This document shows positions 12,901 to 25,300 of a stretch of DNA of 64,000 nucleotides, piece after piece; the stretch's first letter is position 1, and the number at the start of each line of letters is the position of its first letter. The DNA comes from Tubiluchus corallicola (lineage: Eukaryota > Animalia > Priapulida), in the NCBI GenBank assembly GCA_030141605.1, contig JAQGDQ010000314.1:1-64000 (forward strand), in the 5' to 3' direction. Position numbers and translations under genes: made by a program. The notes beneath the pieces were generated by a model. It did no database searches, was not told the origin of the DNA, and worked only from the letters and a program-made list of their open reading frames with translations.

Positions 12901-15900
12901 TACTACTATGGTAAAATAGATCAAGCTACAGTTAGAAGCCAGGCATGCACAGCATCGATCGATCGTTTCGGCAGGTAAGCAATTTTCGCCAGTTCGCCAC
13001 ACTTACAGCACAAAGTGGAGTATCATTTTAAAGCCCGATTCTTTAGTTTAGGGGAAAGACATCTACTTTTCAGGTGAGTCGCTGCAGCAAAGCATTAGCC
13101 TTTTTTACACTTTTAATTCTTTAGTTTAAAAGAAATGTTGTCGATTTAGACACAGACAAGGGCATATGCAGTAAAAAAAATCGGAATCTCTATCACCTGG
13201 AGACGAAAGAGGAGGCAGAGAAACCAAGTGGCTCCATAAGCTGAGTGCCCACAGTCAAAAAAATTTATTGCAGTTAAATTGTTGGTGCACATAATCTATG
13301 TTATTGCATGACTTTTCCTTTACAAAGCCAAGAAAAGGAATAAAAGCAAGTAGACAAATTTAGGTCCATTCTTCTCTGAGGTGGCAGGACGCTACCAACT
13401 TACTATCATTTTGTGCTCATTGTACAATAACACAGCACAATCCAATACAGTAAGCACAACAAAGTAACAAAATTTACGTCAATGAAGACATATACAGTAG
13501 GCGCCATTTATTAGAATCACGGTTAATAGAATCAATCGCCTAATTGACTCAAAATCACCTGGCACGGGCTGCTCCTATTCAAATGAATGTAATAACTGTC
13601 ACCAATTGACTCAAATAAGTCTGCATAATTGGCTCAATATTTTTGCTTTACGTCTTTTAATAAGACACTATTGTGTGACCAATAAGCTTTTACTACTTGT
13701 ATGTCATCTTAGCTAGCTTTTGTACTCTAATATGTGTAGAAACTATCATGATAAGTACCGTTTTGTTTGTAAGCAGGCACGTTTATGATGCACTAATACG
13801 TTAGCGTACCCGCTCGTCCACTGCAATTAGCCTCGTTACCCAAGAATTTCTGGAAGCTAAACATTTAATCACTTGTCTAATGGTTTGCTTTCGAAGCTCT
13901 CACTGCTCTTCATGCTTAATCAGTTAACTATTGAATGTCATGGCTGCACATACAGTAATCACTTGCCAGGAAGCAAGGGCACCACCAACTGCACCACCAA
14001 GAGCACCACAAGCTCAAGCACACCAAGCACTAATTGTTTTATGCGAATACGTGCATCATCAGGGTGCATAAGATTATGGATATGTATAAAATAAATAAAA
14101 TAGCTTATTTTATGGATTTTTGAAATTTTATTTTATGGATATCAATAAAATAAAAAATAGATTATATCTGGAACGAGATTCTCAGGGGGAAATCAATTAA
14201 AAAGTAAAAACAGGAGTGCTTGAAACGTGTTTTTAAACACGCAGGACTTAGTTTTAATTTTATCGGTTTCATATCACTTCAAATTTTACGAGACAATGGC
14301 TGGGTCTCTCTCAGTTATTTTCAGACCGAACTCCAGCTCATGCTTTGGTTGAAAATTCGCCATCTTGATAACAAAAAGACAATGAGAAAAATAGCAAAAA
14401 AACAATGTAAAATAGCAAATCCGGAAATACACTTTTGTTGGTTTGTTTTCTTTCTCTTTCTCTCCTTCTAACGTTCGTTTTTAGTGTTGCCAATGCTTAC
14501 AACTCGTTACTTTGTACAAAAAATCAGAAAAAAAACATTTTTTTTATTTTATGCATTTCTTATTTTATGGATTTTTCAAATTTTATTTTATGGATTTTTC
14601 GTCTTATTTTATGGATATCCACAATCTTATGCAGCCTATGCATCATACAGCAACAGTTTTTCAACGTTTTTATAATTATCAGAAGTTTGTGAACTAGCTT
14701 CTTCGCAAGAAAATGAAGCAACCGACGTTGAAGGGTGACTTGTGTGATTTAGAAAAGTATACTTTTTATTTTATTATTAAATCACTTGTATATATTAGTA
14801 TTCTTAAATAACTTCACAAAGGAATTTAAGCATTACTTCATTGCTAAAACTCACTAAAAGCCTTTGCAGTGATAACTAAGGTGGTGACTTATACTTCTAT
14901 ACCAGCTATACTACATCTGTCGGTTAACTGGATCAAAACACTTCCATCTCAAAGTAAGTCTATTAAGTGGTGCCTACTGTATAATACAATCCAATGTTAG
15001 CAATTCACAGATTCACCTAGATGTGGAAAATTGAAAGGACACAAAACTCCATTAGCATCACCACGTCATTACAATGAAATCCACGATGCACAAATTTATG
15101 AAATCTAATTTCTTGCCTGCAATGGCATTTCACTTACCAACACCAATTTCTTGTGTTAAACATACAACAGTTCATTACCTTTACACAACTGCAGCTTCCT
15201 TTCACCTGGTAATCTCCTGGACTTTTTCACTGGCTTCACAGGCAATGGAAAAGGTTTTGGAGGTGCCATCGGATGAACCACTATTGTCTCAATCGCTGGT
15301 GGCATGGTCACTTCTAACTCTCTTGTCTCCGAGGTGGAAATTAATCGAGAAATCTCAGACAGTAAAGGAGGAGGAGTAGGAGACATTATGTTTGGAGAAG
15401 GAGATAGTGAGGCGGTTGGGATAGCAGGAGAGGGCACAGGTGGAGAGGAATTGGGTTTCTGCGTGGGTGGGGGAAGATCTGTCATTCGTTCAACCTATAT
15501 CAAAATACAATTAGTTGATTAAATGGGAACTTATGATGTTTTTCAAATATCTACTGGTTGTTGTGGCAATGCAAACTTTTGAAGCAGTAAGACAACATTC
15601 AATCATAAATTATCCTTTAGGCAATTCAGACCTCAGCGTAAAGGTGTTAATCAAGTGGAAAATTTTGAATTAGAGGTTTCCCGAATTATATCAAATAAAA
15701 AAATTTCGAATTTAAGATTCGAAATTTGTAAATCAAATACATAGAGTTAGATATAGGTAGAAGTTTTGCAAAATTTATGGACAGAATTTTTTTCAGTACT
15801 TCTTTAGCTTATAAACAAGGCCAAGACTGCACAATTTGGTACAGATATACACCAGTTTTTCTCTCTCAATACAGTAAATACACATGTCTATGAGGACTTA

Positions 15901-18900
15901 GAACTAATGCCACTAACAATTTTTAGTTCCCCCGCAAATGTTGTACATGAAATGAGTAATTAGCAGCAGCAACAACAAACTTCTCTAATGGAGACCCAGT
16001 TGAGTCTTGTGGACTGGAATGAATTTACTGCAAATTCGAATGTTTGGATTTGACTGCTAACCCTACCTCCGTGTAGTCTCTAAAAAACTGGTGACAAAAA
16101 AACATCAAAATAGGAATGGTTACCTTGACAACTGGCATAGCTTTATTATTATTTTTTAGTCGAGTGCTAGAATTTTGCAACATATAGCGTTTATCCTCGG
16201 CAGGTACAGGACTGGACTGGGCACTGTCCGACGACATCACAGCATTGCGGGCACCCGTACGACTTGTCTGTGGAGGAGTGGGTGACTTAGACCAATCAGG
16301 AGGAGCTGGAGATCGTTCTCGTGGTGTTTCCTGAGGTTCGGACACAGCGGCAATACTGACCTTTGAAAATATGGCGCTGCCCCCGTGCCTCATATCTGTA
16401 AGCAAAAGTAAAATTTGTTTATTAAGCCAAACTCCAGCATTGTTGACGTCTTTCATCTAGGTGGGTGTCGGGAACAAAAAACAAACGTTGGTGCCTAAAA
16501 CAAATTATTGTAAAAAACTGATAAAGTAGAATGTTAACAAAGAAGTGCTACAATCTTAACACTGTACTTCGCAAACAAGAACTCAAGTTTTCATTATATA
16601 TATATATATATTCTGCTTAGGCCAATGCTACTCAAGATAAACTTTGCTAAGACTATTTCAATATTTTAGATGTAACTCAGTATTTTCACTAAGAAATTTT
16701 TTATAAAAAAACTTTAAATTTTCACATTAATTCTTACTGTGTTACACCAGGGAATGACTTTTATGATTATAATTTAACGCAACTCTACACACTTTATAAT
16801 AAGCAGATCTTCACCTATCTTATGAATAGTCAGTACAAGAAAAAAGTATTTTTTATACATTTAAAACCGATATCCAACACTCAATGACAAGGCCTACTTA
16901 ATTATGCTGATGGCTGCAGTGAAGCGGAATTTGTGTAATCATCAAGGATGTTCCTGTATGAAGGTGGGATACTTATGTACAAAGGTGGGATACTCCTATA
17001 TGAAGGTGGGATACTTCTGTGTGATGGTGATACTCCTGTGCGAAGGTGGGATACTCCTGTATGAAGGTGGGATACTCGTATATGAAGGTGGGATACTCCT
17101 GTATGAAGGTGGGATACTCCTGTGCAAAGGTGGGTTACACATGTATGAAGGTGGGATACTCCTGTATGAAGGTGGGATACTCCTGTATGAAGGCTGGGTA
17201 CTCCTGTGTAAAGATGACATCGTCATGTTATAATATACATACATCCTCTCTCGATGAGGCAAGACGGAGGCAGCATGACAAAATCACTTGCTATAACTTT
17301 CCCATGTATATACTAAGTTCTACTTATTACTCGCTCCATTAACGAGGTGCAGGCGCAATTTATTAATAATAACAAACTAATGATGTATTGTAAGTTTATT
17401 ACCAACTGTATGGAAATTAGCAGCTATTTTAAATGCAATTGTCATTAATCAGCTTGTGTGAATATTGTTTTCAATTTAGTTATTATAAAGTAGCTATGGA
17501 GAATGGAAACTTTTTATGGGAACAAAAGATCTTACTCACTCATATTACTCACTTACTTATTTACCACGTTATGCTAAACCTAGTCAAATTTTTATTCCAC
17601 TTGTGATGAAAATGTCTTTCCTGAAAGCTAGAAATCTGAAAACCGTTTACATGAATATCTTCAAAGCAAATGTAATGATGTTTCTAATATTTGTAGACGT
17701 TTCATTTACACTAATTGAGAAATGCTTAAATTAGTCTATATGTTAAGTACATTTTAATCTAATGACACTATATTAGTTAGTTTTTAGTTACTGCTTGTGT
17801 TTGTGTAATGTATGCAAGGTAAAATCTGAGATCAAATGAAGATTTCCACTTTCTGCTTTTTCATCTTATTCTGCCACATTTTTGCATTCTCTTCCTCCTA
17901 TTTTTATTTTATTTTATTTATTAACATTTACGCATGTATTAAAAGAGTATAAAAAAGAAATCAGCAGGTGCAAGTGCACTGACACTGGACACTGATTCCA
18001 TGATACCTGAAATGGTACACAAAAGTAACCAAGTCTATAGAAGAAGTACTAAAACTAGTTACATCTCATGGGACACCTCATATAAAAAATTATATTTAGA
18101 ATTATATTTAGAATATAACTAAATATAAATTAGAATACACTGTATAACACTTTTCTTTCCTTCAGCCTTTTAATTTCCTAATGTCAGTGTCAGTGTCAGT
18201 GTCATTCTTCTTCTCTTGCATTACCTGTGTGTGATTTGAAAGCCTGTGGTTTGATCACTTGTCCGCATTGTTCACATACAACCAAGTAGAATTCATCTTG
18301 GACTGGACAATATCCAAACAATGCCATATCTGCAAAAAACGCGACAGAAACGTTAAATCATAACCAAATGACATTGCATAATTAACTTACAGCAGAATCA
18401 GAATCAACACCACTAGTTCAACAAATAGAATGAATTTAATTGTGCTTTTCAAAAGAAGATGATAACACTACTGGCTTCATGTCATTATCATCAGTTGCCA
18501 TATGACTCAATCATCTTATGCGCAGTTCTGAAATATGGGTGTGAAGAACAAAATTCAAATAGTATAATAAAGTAGTATAAGTAGTAATAGTATAAGAGCT
18601 TGAACACTGAACAAACCCTGTCAAGCCACACGCTCTTGTTCACAGGTCCCGCATTTGTGGTTTCAGTCATTAAAATGGAGAAAACACAAAACCAAAGCAG
18701 CATTTTTAATTGCTGAGTTTCAATTCTTAGACAGACATTTTCACAATAAAAATAAAATTAAATAACTGGCATGCTTATAAAGCTTTGTTTGTTTGTTAAC
18801 GGACACTGTCGTCTGTATAATTCAAACAAACAACACATTTCTCAATATATTCTGTACGATTAAGTTTTTGCAATTTGTACAAAAGATCACAAAGGTAGTC

Positions 18901-21103
18901 GTCATGCACATTACAGCATTATTGCGTAGGTTTTTAAGTTTTAACTGGTAGCAGTGGCCTACCAAGTATGTACCAGAAACCTGGGTAACATCAACTCTAC
19001 TACTTGTACCTATCGCTGTAACACTCAGAATTCGTATGGAAACAGGTGACAAGAACAAATGCGTCATCTGTTGGGCCGAACATTTTAACGTTATTTAATA
19101 AGAATTTAGGAAACTGTTACAAGTTTTTACCTTCTTTTCTCAGCTTCATTGCATCACAGTCTTTCTTCTTCTTCATTTCAAGAGTCTCCTCTACTTTACC
19201 TACTACAAAAAAATAGAAATGCATTAAAGAAATTTCTAGATCAAAATAAAAAATTAGCTTATACAAAAACAGCACAGAAAAATACTATTAGCTGTGGCTT
19301 GAATACATTGACTAAAACAGTAGATAATAGCTTGTATGCAAGGTAAAAGACAATGCTGGTGGAATTAACAAGTAACATGAATGTTCTGTTCAAAATATTT
19401 AATTGAATTTCAAATGACATGAATCAATAATCTACTAGTATCAGTATTAAAAAGTTTTATGTGCAGCAAAACAGTATAAAATTTTAGACAGTAACAAGCA
19501 GACTAAACATCTTAAGAACAAATTGTTATTGCTTGTGTCAAACAACTACACATAAAACAACTATGACTTTGGTAGCCAAATTCTATTAGTTTAGCTACAT
19601 GCCTGCTGCCATACCTACTTGGATGAGCAGCAATGCCAGTTTCTCTGATTTGAGTAAAAAAAGTAGTTCTGCTGCATGCTACTGGACCAACAGAACTATA
19701 ACAACCCAAATAAGGATGTCACGAAAACCAGCCAGAACTGGAGCTTCGAAACCGAATCACAGCTTTGATTCGATTCGCTGAAGTTCTATATTATTTTAGT
19801 ACTGAATAATTTTGCGAAGCATTTAAAAAAATTTGGCTTAGCTTTGCATGCAGACACAATTTGGTAACACTTTCTTACCATACACTCTTTTACCTATAAA
19901 TTTTTCTGCAAAATTACTTAAATCGCTGCCTTTTTGAAGATGATGTCCTACAAATGTCACTATTCAGTTTCAGTATATGTCCAGCACAAGAAATTATTAT
20001 TGCAGAATTACTGTCAGCTGTGCTGTTCACTGCTCAAACAGATTATCTGTAATCTGTTTCCCTTGAAAATCACTAGTGCCTTATCAATCTGCTATAATGT
20101 GATTAAAAGCCGCGTAGGTTCGAATGAGATTCGGTTTAAAAAATAAAAAAATTGAGATGCACATTCGATTTGCTTTCGAAAATTATTTTAAATTGTGATT
20201 CGGATTTGGTTCGGATTCAAAAATTATTTTAAACTGAGATTCAGACTTGGCGCTGACTCAAAAATGATTGAGATTCGGATTCAGTAATTTCAGATTCGTG
20301 GCATCCCTAAACTCTGACATGATGTGATAAGTCTCGTGAAATGATGCATTAGCCAAGCGATAAACTGGAAAGTTTATAAATTTTAAATATCTTGCTGCAT
20401 TTTCGTTAATAACTCACTAGCCAGTCAGGGTTTCCCTATGCTGTCCATGACATGCCAAGATAAAACTTCTCAACCATTCTTCACAAAAGCATTTTATGGC
20501 AAATTTTTGAGAAGCGAGTGTGCAAATTGTCCTGTTTAGCCTGTATGGGTTTCAGACAAATTTATGGAGTTTGAAAACAAAAGCTGAAGGCACGCTTGCA
20601 GGACAGGTGGCTCTTAGCAATCGAGCATGCCGCATGAAGAACCCAAATCTAAAATGAGGTAGAAATCATCAGAATTCATTTACTAGTCTGCAGGAATCAC
20701 TTAAGTTGTAAACTACCTAAGCTCTAGCTCCTTTCTTGCCATTAGTGGAATCTCACAAATACCTCTATTGCTTATAAACGTCTTAACAACGTTTTCGGTG
20801 TGACTAGTAAACCCACTTTCCAAACATGTAATATCTCCCCAGGACTTCAGGTAGGACTCGCCGTGGTAGGTCAACGTGATTTTCGCTACCCTCTACTCAC
20901 GTCATACCAAAATAATGAGTTTTGGCACGTTTCCAAATACCAGTAAAATAAAAGAAAACAATGTCAGCTTTGTGACTATAATAAGGATAATAACAATCAC
21001 TAAACACAGTTTAACTCGTACCCTTTAAATCTTCTATCCTGTCTGCCCAAGTGCTCCAGGCTTGTCCCATAAACATCGTGGGACTATCTTCACTTTTCGC
21101 CAT
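941..21103 (-). CDS. ATXN7: Ataxin-7 family protein (SAGA deubiquitination-module subunit, Sgf73/ATXN7), 13 coding exons, about 966 aa
   Basis: Exons in transcript order: 21022-21103, 19131-19199, 18225-18329, 16124-16395, 15179-15494, 12529-12611, 12201-12322, 7214-7348, 6096-6231, 5397-5518, 2644-3544, 1648-1849, 941-1296. All junctions are GT-AG with matching phases (2901 nt). The product has the ATXN7 N-terminal block SPTMFMGQAWSTW, the zinc finger [39 protein letters not shown], the SCA7 domain DREFDPDKHCGV...[33 protein letters not shown] and the block HPKPIATCRFGARQ...VFDRK. The last two exons are low-complexity and less certain. Confidence 0.92.
1871..2320. repeat. Tandem triplication of a 150-bp unit in an ATXN7 intron
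   Basis: Near-identical units at 1871-2020, 2021-2170 and 2171-2320, each starting TAATGTTGATAATAT. Confidence 0.95.
4500..4880 (-). mobile_element. Decayed 3' end of a CR1/L2-group LINE ORF2
   Basis: The minus strand reads QTIRLWNSLPSEIKQI*SLRQFKKKLR, matching the LWNSLP...FK.KL C-terminal motif of CR1/L2/Crack-type ORF2. It has a stop codon; boundaries are approximate. Confidence 0.55.
4986..5307. repeat. Minisatellite with 39/44-bp unit and internal (GTACT)n
   Basis: About 7-8 copies of TGTAGTCAGCCATGTACATT(GTACT)2-3GTACATTAC. Confidence 0.95.
5550..5735 (+). repeat. Dispersed repeat copy, paralogous to the sequence split by the BEL/Pao insertion (7892-7949 plus 11639-11798)
   Basis: CCAAG-GGACAGATATAATTCTA...TTTAGATATTAGAT...TACAGTGGCGAGTGAAAT...AACATGTGAA aligns by eye to CCAAG-TGAGAGATATAATTCTA...TTTAGATATTAGAT...TACAGTGGTGAGTGAAAT...AACATGTGAA at 11639-11798. 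Confidence 0.75.
7950..8603 (+). repeat. 5' LTR of the BEL/Pao element
   Basis: TGTAGCGG...ATTTCA, direct repeat of 10985-11638, with AATAAA near its 3' end. Confidence 0.95.
8804..10951 (+). CDS. Truncated BEL/Pao pol: RNase H-like (Pao A17) domain, H2C2 zinc finger, DDE integrase, C-terminal DUF5641-type domain
   Basis: Motifs ELHVFVDASQAAYAAVAYLR, TIPRLELCAA, FWTDSMIVL, NPADIATRG, H..GH...C..C, VGVDCFG, IRSDCGTNF, GGVWERMIRSV, FWKRWVSEYL and GKDGLVRSVEV. The frame is open for 715 codons but starts at GTG just after a TAA, and gag, protease and RT are absent. Confidence 0.9.
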   Translation: MPKSFERVLTTELHVFVDASQAAYAAVAYLRLVDVNDHIYCSFVIGKCRLAPLKTLTIPRLELCAALMGVRIDETLRREIQPSIENTYFWTDSMIVLRYINNSDKRFKTFVANRLSAIHEQSSPSQWYHIASDKNPADIATRGLGAQQLIDNKVWLSGPEFLWDASSTWTSMSTIPFDVQNTDDLEVKLDAAGIKANTVVVKDSQEPLLLFIRHFSSWYRLKKAIAWLLRLKCILLQRVRKSPNMMVHTGRLTVQELAEAEESIIMYLQDVHFQKEKAALTHLSMDVTRTDSKQRSAKRILQSSCLFKLDPILTSNGLICIGGRIKHKHQPIIPRDEHVVSLIIREMHERTGHSGREHVMAKLRDKFWIIKARPMVRRLLSSCTICKRRDARLECQKMADLPNDRLESGNPPFLRVGVDCFGRFLAKRGRALVKRYGCLFTCLATRAIHLELLFSLETDSFLNGLFRFISRRGVPELIRSDCGTNFVGANEKLKKAIQNWNQEQIDTALRQQNIQWKFNTPSASHQGGVWERMIRSVRKVMSSIANLQTVDDDSLITLFCQVEAIINGRPLSIVSDDPRDLQPLTPNHILLLRGGPTLPFGKFSETDLYKKRWRQVQYLLDIFWKRWVSEYLPLLQSRQKWHHRSQNLKIGDIVIVADQNLPRGHWKLARIDNVFPGKDGLVRSVEVRMGDSVLRRPIHKIALLERIDENVYQID
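10985..11638 (+). repeat. 3' LTR of the BEL/Pao element
   Basis: Direct repeat of 7950-8603, followed by TSD CCAAG. Confidence 0.95.
12801..13273. mobile_element. Possible TTAA-flanked non-autonomous DNA transposon (piggyBac/Kolobok-like)
   Basis: TTAA|CTGC...GCAG|TTAA ends. The inverted repeat is very short, so support is weak. Confidence 0.3.
13495..14979. mobile_element. Tc1/mariner-pogo MITE with TA TSD, carrying a nested hAT MITE
   Basis: TA|CAGTAGGCGCCATTTATTAGA...TCTATTAAGTGGTGCCTACTG|TA imperfect TIRs; same TIR family as 25625-26308. Confidence 0.8.
14060..14638. mobile_element. hAT-type MITE nested in the Tc1/pogo MITE
   Basis: TIRs CAGGGTGCATAAGATTATGGATAT and ATATCCACAATCTTATGCAGCCTA; exact 8-bp TSD TGCATCAT (14052-14059, 14639-14646); subterminal TTATTTTATGGAT repeats. 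Confidence 0.88.
16953..17211. repeat. 21-bp minisatellite
   Basis: About 12 copies of TGTATGAAGGTGGGATACTCC; it explains the repetitive ORFs at 16904-17342. Confidence 0.95.
19711..20309. mobile_element. Degraded hAT-like MITE
   Basis: Inverted ends TAAGGATGTCACGAA...TTCGTGGCATCCCTA with many subterminal GATTCG repeats; the TSD is only partly conserved. Confidence 0.55.
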
Positions 21104-22335
21104 TTTGAGCCGACTTATTACTCTAGTGGCGAATGCATTCGGAATAACCCGAAAATGACGTCGATGTGACTCGGCGGCCGCTTAAATTAAATATATACAG
21201 CTGTTTGAGGAGCAAAAACAGCTGCTAAACTGCTACTGTTGATTTGCTTTCTATGCGTTAGCACGGCTCATAAAAATATAGGCATTGATGATTTCTTTTT
21301 TTATATATATATAATTAATGATATTAGCAAGATTACAGTACAAAATATGAAAAGTATTGATTTTCTACAATGCACAATATTTTATCAACCATCAATGTAT
21401 TGTATCAATGTGGTGCATAGATAGATTAGGATTGTATAGTTAGTTGACTACAAGATTATTCACTGATGGCATGACAGTCAAAATTTCTAAATAACTAGGT
21501 GGCTTACCAACTAACGGATTGGCTGGATAATTATAATTATTGCTGATTATATTAATATGCACTTATTTTAATTTTTGTCAAAGATAGTACATCTACAAAG
21601 AATAAAAAATGAGCTAGTTAATTCATTAATTAAAATAGTTATTGCATTGTATTCATTTGTTACTTAGTGATTCAGTTGGTGATAAGTATAAATTCGTCAG
21701 TTAATTAATTAATTGGTCCTGTATTGCAAGAATGCCAGTATATGTGCCGAGCCATCAATTAAGGTATATATGTGCTACTTTTTTTAGCTGGTCCTTTTGT
21801 GGCTCAATTTCCGCCGTTCAATAGTACTGGAAATTAAAAAAGTTAACAAATTAAGTATAGTCGGCAAATTAATCATACTAATGGATAAGTTAATCAGTTT
21901 GGTACGTAATTTCATTTTGTCAGTCGTGAAATAAATTCTTTGATTATTTTCGTCATCAACATGTCAGATTGTCAGTAAACTAATAAGTCAATTAGAAAAG
22001 AATAGAACAGAACATTTATTTATTAGTCTCCTTCAGTACAAAGACAAAATATTATGAACAAAATAATAAGATAAAAATTTATACAACGGGAGATGGGGGT
22101 TGTGAAAAATTATCAAGTCAACGACCTCTGTCCTCGCATAAACTTAAGAAAAGATTTTGTTCTTAAATAATTCAATTATCCAATTTGTAATTATTTAGTT
22201 CATTGATTAGCCAGTAAAATAATTTGGTTACCCTGTGGGTTATAAATTCTTCATCTGTCGTCTGCTGTCAGCCGTGGCCCCGAATTTGTACTTTTTATCG
22301 CTCTTAGATTAGTTTACGCGGCCTTCGTGTGGAAC
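21104..22335. promoter_or_regulatory. Putative bidirectional promoter/5' UTR region between ATXN7 and THOC7
   Basis: 1232 bp separate the divergent start codons, with CpG-richer patches next to each gene. A CRE-like TGACGTCG lies near 21156. Both ATGs sit in YY1-like AA(A/C)ATGGCG contexts. Confidence 0.6.
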
Positions 22336-25300
22336 ATGGCGACGGACGGTAAACTGTTATTACAGTATTTCTAATTTCTAGAATGATGCTGTTTTTTACT
22401 AGTTTTTTTTATTAGTCAATGACATTAGCTAGTTTTTTTAGTAACTTGTTAAAAATTTCAAGTTTTGCGAAATGTGTGTTATACGTGAATTTTAAATGTG
22501 TGACTGCTTTGAAAGATTTCATCTCAAAGCCGTTAACAGGGGAACATCTGTTCAGCAGTCTATTAAAATTTAAGGAACCCTTTGCATGCAGAGACTGGAA
22601 AAAACAGGTGAACTTAGGTATTGTCAGTAGATAGGTATCGAGGTTGCCGACATGCCCCAACTAATTATGCCTATATACCTACATCAGTAGTGGTTTGGCT
22701 AAATCAAATCAGTTTTAGCCATGTTTCCTCAAATCAGTTTTTACGATGTAGCTTTGCCCTATCATTCTTCTTCCAGCCTACTACACCAGAGGAAATTTGT
22801 AACATATGTAAAGCTCTCAGTCCTAGCAAAACTTGATAAATGATTATTTTCCTCCGGGTGTAGTACCTGTACCTCAGTCTTAAAAAACTAGCTTTACTTA
22901 TGTTTAAATATGGTGATCCAACTCTGGTAAATACTTATTGATTCATATCATTGTTACCAGTCTTTTCAAAAACTTATGAACGTTGTGCTTATAATGTACA
23001 ATTATTCAATGAAACGTGGCATTTTAAAGGATAATCAGTTAGGCTTCACAGAATGTTGTTCTGTCGATCTTCCATTACTGACTGTTTGTGAAACCATTAT
23101 TAGTGCTATCAAACAGTTCTATCATAGCTGGCATGTTCTGTGACCTAAAGATTCTGATACAGTTGACCATAACATATTATTGCATAAATTATCCTTATTA
23201 GCTTTTGAGCGGTAACCGATAAATGGCTAATTAGTCATTTACTTTATCATGCTCAGGGTGTCAGTTGCAATAATTATATCTCTAATGAATTACCTATTAA
23301 TTGTGAAGTCTCACAAGTGTTTGTTTTTGGTTTTTAATTTAGATCAATGACCTAAATCCATTTTTAGTGGCTCTAAAACTGCATATAGTTCAGTTTGCAG
23401 ACGACATCGCTCTGTTTCTTTACTTCAAAAATTTCAATCTAATTAGTGTAAATCAAAGTTTAGATGACATTTTCAAATGGTTTAAGATCATAAACTAACT
23501 TTAAATGTGTCCCTACATCTTGTTTTGTTGCAAAAATAAATCTATTCCCTCCAATGCTAACAGGTTCAGTCTATTGAATTTCTCGGGGTAATTTTTCATG
23601 AATATCTTGATTGGAATTTCATGTCAAGATAATTAGTCTAAAGATTGCTGAAAATACAGGAATAATCTCCCTAAAAATATAGGAATACTTTCATATAAAT
23701 TATTGTTTATCTGCTTCCCATTTGCACACTTTATTATTCTTTCATCTTCGCCTATCTAAACTGCGTGCCGCCATAACTAGACTAACAAAATCTAATAAGA
23801 AAAGTTCAATGTGAAACCAAAACATGAAATATTTTCAAAGGGAACAGCAATTATAGTATTTCACTTTTCTTCAACTTGTACACCAGTCTAATTAACCTTC
23901 CAATCAGTGTGGGTTGTTGTCTCTCCTACAAATACGTAAGCTACAACCTAGGCTTCGGGAAGACCTTGGACATATGAAGTCTTATCGCTGCACTAACAAA
24001 CGACAGACTGCTATTTAAGAAAGACTCAACTATTTGTCATTTAAACTGCACTTTTCTGTCAGACTGAGCAGCAGCCTGGCCATGTGTATTGTCAAATGAG
24101 AGCTATATTTAGCGTACATTTTCTATTTTTTTGGGTGAATCATTCGCTATTGGGTGATTATGAGCAAAAGAAATAATTTTTTACTGTATTTAAGTTATCT
24201 CATTATAGTTTGTAAAGTTTTACATTTTGAATTGAATAATTTGCTTATTAGTATGTGTATAGTATGTATAGTATAGTATGTACACTTATTGTACAGTATG
24301 TGTCGCCCTCATTTATTACGCAGATTATGTGTTCGAGATTCATTTAATATTCATGATCATATTTTCCAACCATTGCTGAGATCCCAAGACTTTATCTCAA
24401 GAAAACTGTGGTTTCTTAAAAGAAAAATTACTATTTAATCCTTCTTTAACACTACTTGCTTGATCATTGATTGGTACTTGATAATTTTGTAGTTTTAAAT
24501 ATTCGTGATCAAAGACTTGAAATAGGAACTCCAATACTCCAGTTATTTTCCAGTTTAGAACATGGAAGGCTCTTGTTGTTTTTGTATTAAAACATATCAT
24601 AGCTCTGTTTATAAATCTCGTTGTCCTTAGATGACATAATTCGTAGGAAACTGCTCATAGAGGGTGACGGAACAGGAAGCGATACACGTATCAACACTTT
24701 CCTGAAAACATTCTACAGATGGGCAGCATCACCGACAAATGATGAAGAAAGGTAGCTATTTTTTTCTCAAATCTGCAGCAGCTTCTCTACATTGTGGTGT
24801 CATTCTTCACATTGAAGTCTAAAGAGTGTCACGTTTCTTGCAGTGTTGAGATTTATGCCTAATAAATGAAGCAAATCATCAGCATAACCAGAACATTCGC
24901 TGTGCTGTTAGGCTACATGACATTATATTACTTTGTGAGTGTAGAAATGTTTTACGATGTGCAGTCTAATGTATAATTTTAGTTTTCCTGTCCAAAATGT
25001 TTCATCAGATCTCCTAAGATGTCAATTCTTCAAGATTTCATCCTCCGGGTACTTAGCTTTTTGCATCTTGATGTTTTCATCTTTATTCTTTCTAGTAATG
25101 CTACTTATCACCGATTGTTGTCAATGCTAGCTCAAATAGAGCATGCATATGCCAAGACAAAGTTTATTTATGATATGAATATAGAGGAAAAAGCTGCGTA
25201 TGAGCGACTGTATAAGGATATCGGTAAGTGATTTACTTGAAATTTTACTTGAAATCCTAATATTTGAATGAAATGTTAAAATTTTATATTGTGTGGAAGA

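Noticed and set aside
16904-17342. Repeat-protein ORFs (EGGILLY / YRSIPPS / MKVGYSC)n
   Set aside because: Translations of a 21-bp minisatellite inside an ATXN7 intron.
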